This document shows positions 54,138-64,000 of a DNA stretch of 64,000 nt, piece by piece. The notes below the pieces were generated by a model. The model worked only from the letters and a program-made list of their open reading frames with translations. It was not told where the DNA came from and searched no databases. Within the stretch, counting starts at the first letter, position 1, and each line of letters opens with the position of its first letter. The stretch is taken from contig OZ024742.1 in assembly GCA_964016885.1 (NCBI GenBank), forward strand, positions 196,168,001 through 196,232,000. Reading direction: 5' to 3'. Source of the DNA: Eledone cirrhosa (lineage: Eukaryota). The position numbers and the translations under genes are program-made.

Positions 54138-54575
54138 CCATTTAGCATTTACATTACTCTATATTGGCAGTTGATCGATTTTCGTCAAATTGAACCAAGG
54201 AAACAACGTTTCCATTGGTCTTTCCAATTGTTAATACTATCCATCGGTCGCAACATGAAATAAAGTGTCTTGCTCAAGGACATAATGCACCACCTGGTCC
54301 ACGAATCGAACTCCCAACCTCACGATTGCGAATCCAATTCTCTAACCACTCAACCACACGCCTTCACAATTTACTCTATATACACTATTATATTTTCATG
54401 GTAAAGGCTTTACCTTACATAGTTATCTCACATAATATCAAATCTATGAGATTTTGATATTATTTATTTTGAGAACAATACTTTAACATCAGTATGAGTG
54501 GCCAGTTATGGCCGGTTTGAACAGAAAGAGGTGAGAGAATTCTGGCCATGGATAGCTGGTTTAAATGCTAAAGGG
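54138..54575. mobile_element. piggyBac-type MITE interrupted by a minus-strand tRNA SINE (54165-54370) with an 11-bp TSD
   Basis: TTAA-flanked ends. ttactctatat is duplicated at 54154-64 and 54371-81. Confidence 0.8.
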
Positions 54576-54974
54576 TTAAACAATGTACCATCTATTTTAA
54601 ACTTAGATTTTGTAGGTCCACTAGACAAGTCACATGCTGGTTTTTCATGTATTTTTGTGGAAAAAGGGGTGACTTCTACATGAGTATATTCATTAAACAT
54701 CTCTTACTTGTGTCTGGTATAATGATGGAACAATGCCACATCAAAGATTAGTGGAACATTCTGACTTTCAAAGGAGGGTCACTGTTTCTCACAAGAATAC
54801 TAAGGCAGTCAGTTCTTTTGTTTATTACTTCTAACATGTTCAATGTAAAATGATATTAAATATTATAACCACAAGTTAGTTGACAACTTCAGCATAACAA
54901 TGAGGTGAAGATTTAGAATTTTATGTTAATTTTTCTATGCTTGCAGGGGTTGGGTGGAACCTGTTAGCTTATCA

Positions 54975-55410
54975 TCATGATCATGATCATCATCATCACC
55001 GTTTTACGTCCGTTCTTCCACGCTAGCATGGGTTAGACGGGTTGTCCTGTTGTGGGCAGTGTCTGGTCGGCTGACCATGCTTTGCTCATACAGGAACTGA
55101 TTTGGCTTGATTTCTACAGCTGGATGCCCTTCCTAACACCAACCTCATTTACAGTGAGTGCTGAGTGCTTTTTCGTGGCGCCTACACGTCCACTTTACAG
55201 TGTGGGCTGGGTGCTTTTTTGCCGTGGCACTTCCACGACCACCTTGCGGTGGGGTGTGTGGGGGCATATTGTCTATATGCTTCAGCTTGTACCCATGGGA
55301 GGTCGGGTAGTCTGTATTACTGCGTGACGCCAGAGGTCACGGTCGTGTGTCATTGCCTTTGAGAGGTGTAATTGGGTAAGGTCGGCTTTTATCACCTCAT
55401 GCCAGGTCAT
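54975..55410 (-). mobile_element. RTE-related 3' end and tail fragment
   Basis: (cat)n, tttctacagctggatgcccttcctaacacc, ~50-bp units, then degenerate ORF end. Confidence 0.6.
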
Positions 55411-55435
55411 CATATCCTGGTTTCATTTATGTTAA

Positions 55436-55643
55436 CCATTTAGCATTTACATTACTCTATATCTACTGTTGTATTTTTGTGGTAAAGGCTTTATCTCACA
55501 TAATATCGAATCTATGAGATTTTGATGTTATTTATTTTGAGAACACTACCTTAACATCAGTATGAGTGGCCAGTTACAGCCAGTTTGAACAGAAAGAGGT
55601 GAGAGAATTCTGGCTGGATACAGCCGTTTTAAATGCTAAAGGG
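55436..55643. mobile_element. piggyBac-type MITE (inner family)
   Basis: TTAA|ccatttagcattt...aaatgctaaaggg|TTAA. Confidence 0.78.
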
Positions 55644-56309
55644 TTAAGTGAATGAGAATAGAAGACTTCCCCTTGGACAGGTAGTCGATTGCAGTGTTAA
55701 CTACCAGTTACTGCTGCTACCCATTTTCAGCTGAGTGAACTGGAGCAGTGCCTTGTTCAAGCACACAACACATCACCTGGCTTGGGAATGAAACCCATAA
55801 CCTTATAATTGTGAGTTCAGCACTTTATCCGTATCTTCACCAATGAAGAACAGACAGTAAAACAAACATCCACATCAACTATTTTTTAAGAAATAAAAAG
55901 TTTATCAAACCTGTTTGCTATCTACAATGCCCAGGATTTCAAACAGGAATATGTAAATGAGAGGAAGGGATGAAGAGGCAGAGAGTGAGAGAGTGGGAGT
56001 CAAAGAAAAGGAAATAATTATGGCCTATCCCAGCCAAAGGCTTTAAACAAGGAAACAAGAAAGCTTATCCAACAGGGAATAAGTGTACCATCCTAAGACA
56101 GAATAAAACAATGACATCAATGTTATTTACTCTCTCCCCACCCCTTTCCCCAAAGAAGACAATGTAGTATCTGGAAGAGGGGGAGGGAGGGAAGATTCAG
56201 AGTAAATAGAATCTCTTCTATAGTGTTCTTGAGTTTAATCCAGAAAATTAAACAAACAACCCACTAGCCAGTCCTTTTAACATCATGTTTCCTCTCCTAA
56301 TATAAATTG

Positions 56310-57168
56310 ACCTGACCTTCCTTACTGCAAGTTGACCTCTCCTGCCTTATTGCAAGCTGACCTCTTCTGTCTTACAGCAAGTTGACCTGTCTTGCCTTAC
56401 TGCAAGTTGACCTCTCTTGCCTGACTGCAAGTTGACCTCTCTTGCCTTACTGCAAGTTGACCTCTCTTGCCTTACTGCAAGTTGACCTCTCTTGCCTTAC
56501 TGCAAGTTGACCTCTCTTGCCTTACTGCAAGTTGATCTTGTCTTACTGCAAGTTGATCTTGTCTTACTGCAAGTTGATCTTGTCTTACTGCAAGTTGATC
56601 TTGTCTTACTGCAAGTTGATCTTGTCTTACTGCAAGTTGATCTTGTCTTACTGCAAGTTGATCTTGTCTTACTGCAAGTTGATCTTGTCTTACTGCAAGT
56701 TGATCTTGTCTTACTGCAAGTTGATCTTGTCTTACTGCAAGTTGATCTTGTCTTACTGCAAGTTGATCTTGTCTTACTGCAAGTTGATCTTGTCTTACTG
56801 CAAGTTGATCTTGTCTTGCAGTAAGACAAGATCAACTTGCAGTAAGACAAGATCAACTTGCAGTAAGACAAGATCAACTTGCAGTAAGACAAGATCAACT
56901 TGCAGTAAGTTGATCTTGTCTTACTGCAAGTTGATCTTGTCTTACTGCAAGTTGAACTTGTCTTACTGCAAGTTGAACTTGTCTTACTGCAAGTTGAACT
57001 TGTCTTACTGCAAGTTGAACTTGTCTTACTGCAAGTTGAACTTGTCTTACTGCAAGTTGAACTTGTCTTACTGCAAGTTGAACTTGTCTTACTGCAAGTT
57101 GAACTTGTCTTACTGCAAGTTGAACTTGTCTTACTGCAAGTTGATCTTGTCTTACTGTAAGTTGATCA
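56310..57168. repeat. 21/23-bp minisatellite with an internal 95-bp inversion
   Basis: cttactgcaagttga(t/a)cttgt units. Segment 56815-56909 is in reverse orientation. Confidence 0.95.
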
Positions 57169-58062
57169 GAAAGTTCAAAACACTTTAAAAAGCTGGATGG
57201 CGAAGGAGGAAAGACCAGGAGAAAAAAATGTGAAACAGAGAGAAAACGAGACCTTTGCACAAACAGCACAATAAACTGAAGTAGAGTTAAAGAGTATTGG
57301 TGAGAGAAGGGGTATATGAGAGTCATAAAACTTAAGTGATCAACACTTCTTGTTAAAATGTAATCTATATAGACGTGTATTTAGTTGTAGTAATTGCTGT
57401 TGTTTTGCCCTCAGTTAGCCCTATGATCAAACGTCTCCCAACCATGACCATCCTACTCTTTTTAAGGTCATGCAGAAGATTATCCAATATGTCCTGTCTT
57501 TATATAAGACAGTAGGGTGACTTGAGGTAGGCTTGGCTGTTATTTCTAGCATATCACATGACTATATAGGCCCGCATTGGTGAACTGGTAAATTATGTCA
57601 AGCAGAATCAAGGAGGAGGACGGTGATGAAATTGTAAGTCAATAAAAAAACAACTAGTTTATAATCTAATGAGGACTTAAATGAGATCATAAAAGGGAGG
57701 AGCGTATTCCTTGGAGGAGAGGTAGAGGTGGTGAAGGGGGAGACAGTCAAGTTTCTTTGATCTAATAATAAAAACTCACTTCTCTTTCCCACCAACTTCA
57801 CTCCAACAACTTTTACTCTAATTTGCTACTATCATGGGTATGATGGTTCTACAAATTCAGTTTTTAAAAGAATTTCACAACCAAAGTTGCTTGGACACTA
57901 GAGGGTACAATAAAGATGGATATGCCCAAGGTGTTGATTGTACTGTGGGAGTGAATATAATCATGGGACCATGTAATTGAGAATAACACTTTTTAACCAA
58001 AACAGGTATATCTCCATCATCATCATCACCTGACCAATACAGCAACTACACAAACAAAACAA

Positions 58063-61000
58063 CTACAGAACTACCAGCAAGAACAACACCATCACCACCA
58101 ACAATGACAACAGCACCACCACCACCAACAACAATAACAATACCACCAACAGCACCACCACCATCAACAATAACAACAGCACCACCACTGACAACAATGA
58201 CAACAGCACCACCACTGACAACAATGACAACAGCACCACCACCACTGACAATAACAACAGCACCACCACCACTGACAATAACAACAGCACCACCACTGAC
58301 AATAACAACAGCACCACCACTGACAACAATAACAACAGCACCACCACTGACAACAATGACAACAGCACCACCACTGACAACAATGACAACAGCACCACCA
58401 CTGACAACAATAACAACAGCACCACCACTGACAACAATGACAACAGCACCACCACTGATAACAATGACAACAGCACCACCACTGACAATAACAACAGCAC
58501 CACCACTGACAACAATGACAACAGCACCACCACTGATAACAATGACAACAGCACCACCACTGACAATAACAACAGCACCACCACTGACAACAATGACAAC
58601 AGCACCACCACTGACAACAATAACAACAGCACCACCACTGACAACAATGACAACAGCACCACCACTGATAACAATGACAACAGCACCACCACTGACAACA
58701 ATGACAACAGCACCACCACTGACAACAATGGCAACAGCACCACCACTGACAACAATGACAACAGCACCACCACTGACAACAATGACAACAGCACCACCAC
58801 CGACAACAATGACAACACCACCACCACTGACAACAATGACAACAGCACCACCACTGACAACAATGACAACAGCACCACCACTGACAACAATGACAACAGC
58901 ACCACCACTGACAACAATGACAACAGCACCACCACTGACAACAGCACCACCACTGACAACAATAACAACAGCACCACCACTGACAACAATAACAACAGCA
59001 CCACCACTGACAACAATAACAACAGCACCACCACTGACAACAATAACAACAGCACCACCACTGATAACAATGACAACAGCACCACCACTGACAACAATGA
59101 CAACAGCACCACCACTGACAATAACAACAGCACCACCACTGATAACAATGACAACAGCACCACCACTGACAACAATGACAACAGCACCACCACTGACAAT
59201 AACAACAGCACCACCACTGATAACAATGACAACAGCACCACCACTGACAACAATGACAACAACACCACCACTGACAACAATGACAACAGCACCACCACTG
59301 ACAATAACAACAGCACCACCACTGACAACAATGACAACAGCACCACCACTGACAACAATGACAACAGCACCACCACTGACAACAATGACAACAATAACAA
59401 CAGCACCACCACTGACAACAATAACAACAGCACCACCACCAACAATAACAACAGCACCACCACCAACAATAACAACAGCACCACCACCACTGACAATAAC
59501 AACAGCACCACCACTGACAACAATAACAACAGCACCACCACTGACAACAATGACAACAGCACCACCACTGACAACAATGACAACAGCACCACCACTGATA
59601 ACAATGACAACAGCACCACCACTGTCAACAATGACAACAGCACCACCACTGACAACAATAACAACAGCACCACCACTGACAACAATGACAACAGCACCAC
59701 CACTGACAATAACAACAGCACCACCACTGACAACAATAACAACAGCACCACCACTGACAACAATGACAACAGCACCACCACTGACAATGACAACAGCACC
59801 ACCACTGACAACAATGACAACAGCACCACCACTGACAACAATGACAACAGCACCACCACTGACAACAATGACAACAGCACCACCACTGACAATGACAACA
59901 GCACCACCACTGACAACAATAACAACAGCACCACCACTGACAACAATGACAACAGCACCACCACTGATAACAATGACAACAGCACCACCACTGACAACAA
60001 TAACAACAGCACCACCACTGACAACAATGACAACAGCACCACCACTGACAATGACAACAGCACCACCACTGATAACAATGACAACAGCACCACCACTGAC
60101 AACAATAACAACAGCACCACCACTGACAACAATAACAACAGCACCACCACTGACAACAATGACAACAGCACCACCACTGACAACAATGACAACAGCACCA
60201 CCACTGACAACAATGACAACAGCACCACCACTGACAACAATGACAACAGCACCACCACTGATAACAATGACAACAGCACCACCACTGACAACAATAACAA
60301 CAGCACCACCACTGACAACAATGACAACAGCACCACCACTGACAATAACAACAGCACCACCACTGACAACAATAACAACAGCACCACCACTGACAACAAT
60401 GACAACAGCACCACCACTGACAATAACAACAGCACCACCACTGACAATGACAACAGCACCACCACTGACAACAATGACAACAGCACCACCACTGACAACA
60501 ATGACAACAGCACCACCACTGACAACAATGACAACAGCACCACCACTGACAATGACAACAGCACCACCACTGACAACAATAACAACAGCACCACCACTGA
60601 CAATAACAACAGCACCACCACTGACAACAATGACAACAGCACCACCACTGACAACAATGACAACAGCACCACCACTGACAACAATGACAACAGCACCACC
60701 ACTGACAATGACAACAGCACCACCACTGACAACAATGACAACAGCACCACCACTGACAACAATGACAACAGCACCACCACTGACAACAATGACAACAGCA
60801 CCACCACTGATAACAATGACAACAGCACCACCACCAACAATAACAACAGCACCACCACTGACAACAATGACAACAGCACCACCACTGACAACAATGACAA
60901 CAGCACCACCACCAACAATAACAACAGCACCACCACTGACAACAATGACAACAGCACCACCACTGACAACAATGACAACAGCACCACCACTGACAACAAT

Positions 61001-64000
61001 GACAACAGCACCACCACTGACAACAATGACAACAGCACCACCACTGACAACAATGACAACAGCACCACCACTGACAATGACAACAGCACCACCACTGACA
61101 ACAATGACAACAGCACCACCACTGACAACAATGACAACAGCACCACCACTGACAACAATGACAACAGCACCACCACTGACAACAATGACAACAGCACCAC
61201 CACTGACAATGACAACAGCACCACCACTGACAACAATGACAACAGCACCACCACTGACAATGACAACAGCACCACCACTGACAACAATGACAACAGCACC
61301 ACCACTGACAACAATGACAACAGCACCACCACTGACAATGACAACAGCACCACCACTGACAACAATAACAACAGCACCACCACTGACAACAATGACAACA
61401 GCACCACCACTGACAATAACAACAGCACCACCACTGACAACAATGACAACAGCACCACCACTGACAACAATAACAACAGCACCACCACTGACAATAACAA
61501 CAGCACCACCACTGACAACAATAACAACAGCACCACCACTGACAACAATGACAACAGCACCACCACTGACAACAATGACAACAGCACCACCACTGACAAT
61601 AACAACAGCACCACCACTGACAACAATGACAACAGCACCACCACTGACAACAATGACAACAGCACCACCACTGACAATGACAACAGCACCACCACTGACA
61701 ACAATAACAACAGCACCACCACTGACAACAACACCACCACTGACAATAACAACAGCACCACCACTGACAATGACAACAGCACCACCACTGACAACAATGA
61801 CAACAGCACCACCACTGACAACAATGACAACAGCACCACCACCGACAACAATGACAACAGCAGCACCACCAACAATGACAACAGCACCACCACTGACAAT
61901 AACAACAGCACCACCACTGACAACAATGACAACAGCACCACCACTGACAACAATGACAACAGCACCACCACTGACAATGACAACAGCACCACCACTGACA
62001 ACAATGACAACAGCACCACCACTGACAACAATGGCAACAGCACCACCACTGACAATAACAACAGCACCACCACCACTGACAATAACAACAGCACCACCAC
62101 TGACAACAATGACAACAGCACCACCACTGACAACAATGACAACAGCACCACCACTGACAACAATGACAACAGCACCACCACTGACAACAATAACAACAGC
62201 ACCACCACTGACAATAACAACAGCACCACCACTGACAACAATGACAACAGCACCACCACTGACAACAATGACAACAGCACCACCACTGACAACAATGACA
62301 ACAGCACCACCACTGACAATGACAACAGCACCACCACTGACAACAATGACAACAGCACCACCACTGACAATGACAACAGCACCACCACTGACAACAATGA
62401 CAACAGCACCACCACTGACAACAATGACAACAGCACCACCACTGACAACAATGACAACAGCACCACCACTGACAATGACAACAGCACCACCACTGACAAC
62501 AATGACAACAGCACCACCACTGACAATGACAACAGCACCACCACTGACAACAATGACAACAGCACCACCACTGACAACAATGACAACAGCACCACCACTG
62601 ACAACAATGACAACAGCACCACCACTGACAACAATGACAACAGCACCACCACTGACAACAATAACAACAGCACCACCACTGACAACAATGACAACAGCAC
62701 CACCACTGACAACAATGACAACAGCACCACCACTGACAACAATGACAACAGCACCACCACTGACAATAACAACAGCAGCACCACTGACAACAATGACAAC
62801 AGCACCACCACTGACAATAACAACAGCACCACCACTGACAACAATGACAACAGCACCACCACTGACAACAATGACAACAGCACCACCACTGACAACAATG
62901 ACAACAGCACCACCACTGATAACAATGACAACAGCACCACCACTGACAATAACAACAGCACCACCACTGACAATAACAACAGCACCACCACTGACAACAA
63001 TGACAACAGCACCACCACTGACAACAATAACAACAGCACCACCACTGACAACAATGACAACAGCACCACCACTGACAACAATGACAACAGCACCACCACT
63101 GACAACAATAACAACAGCACCACCACTGACAACAATGACAACAGCACCACCACTGACAACAATGACAACAGCACCACCACTGACAATAACAACAGCAGCA
63201 CCACTGACAACAATGACAACAGCACCACCACTGACAATAACAACAGCACCACCACTGACAACAATGACAACAGCACCACCACTGACAACAATGACAACAG
63301 CACCACCACTGACAACAATAACAACAGCACCACCACTGACAACAATAACAACAGCACCACCACTGACAACAATGACAACAGCACCACCACTGACAACAAT
63401 GACAACAGCACCACCACTGACAACAATGACAACAGCACCACCACTGACAACAATGACAACAGCACCACCACTGACAACAATGACAACAGCACCACCACTG
63501 ACAACAATGACAACAGCACCACCACTGACAACAATGACAACAGCACCACCACTGACAACAATGACAACAGCACCACCACTGACAACAATGACAACAGCAC
63601 CACCACTGACAACAATGACAACAGCACCACCACTGACAACAATGACAACAGCAGCACCACTGACAACAATGACAACAGCACCACCACTGACAATAACAAC
63701 AGCACCACCACTGACAACAATGACAACAGCACCACCACTGACAACAATGACAACAGCACCACCACTGACAACAATAACAACAGCACCACCACTGACAACA
63801 ATGACAACAGCACCACCACTGACAACAATGACAACAGCACCACCACTGACAACAATGACAACAGCACCACCACTGACAACAATGACAACAGCACCACCAC
63901 TGACAACAATAACAACAGCACCATCACTGACAACAATGACAACAGCACCACCACTGACAACAATGACAACAGCACCACCACTGACAACAATGACAACAGC
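58063..64000. repeat. At least 5.9-kb 24/27-bp satellite built from trinucleotides (ACAACAATGACAACAGCACCACCACTG), running off the window end
   Basis: Directly visible. Length variants differ by multiples of 3. Confidence 0.96.

Noticed and set aside
49540-57168. 21-27-bp repeat arrays as CRISPR arrays
   Set aside because: Head-to-tail units with no unique spacers, no cas genes, and a eukaryotic context.
58063-63996. 1977-aa hydrophobic L/V/S membrane protein on the minus strand
   Set aside because: Antisense reading of an AAC/ACC-based satellite with implausible composition and no true start.

Overview
Eukaryotic, AT-rich, repeat-saturated animal DNA. The SINE, RTE and Penelope content looks octopus/cephalopod-like, which is an inference. 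Nearly all long ORFs in the track are artefacts of simple repeats. The only host coding sequence I can support is three exons of a GRK4/5/6-type G protein-coupled receptor kinase. Two N-terminal RH-domain exons lie on the minus strand (52693-52616, 27592-27489) and one C-terminal exon lies on the plus strand (485-619), on opposite sides of a 200-N gap, so there is an orientation conflict. The rest is intronic or intergenic. It holds a very young non-coding LTR element (369-bp LTRs, tRNA-Trp PBS, 4-bp TSD), a near full-length Naiad-like Penelope element whose two ends are complementary, and an older Penelope relic. It also holds two RTE LINE copies, a deleted DD37D (maT) transposon, a probable non-autonomous Helitron, piggyBac-type MITEs and two abundant SINE families. 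Minimal hammerhead ribozymes, several fold-back elements and large satellites complete the window. Family assignments come from recalled motifs, not database searches.
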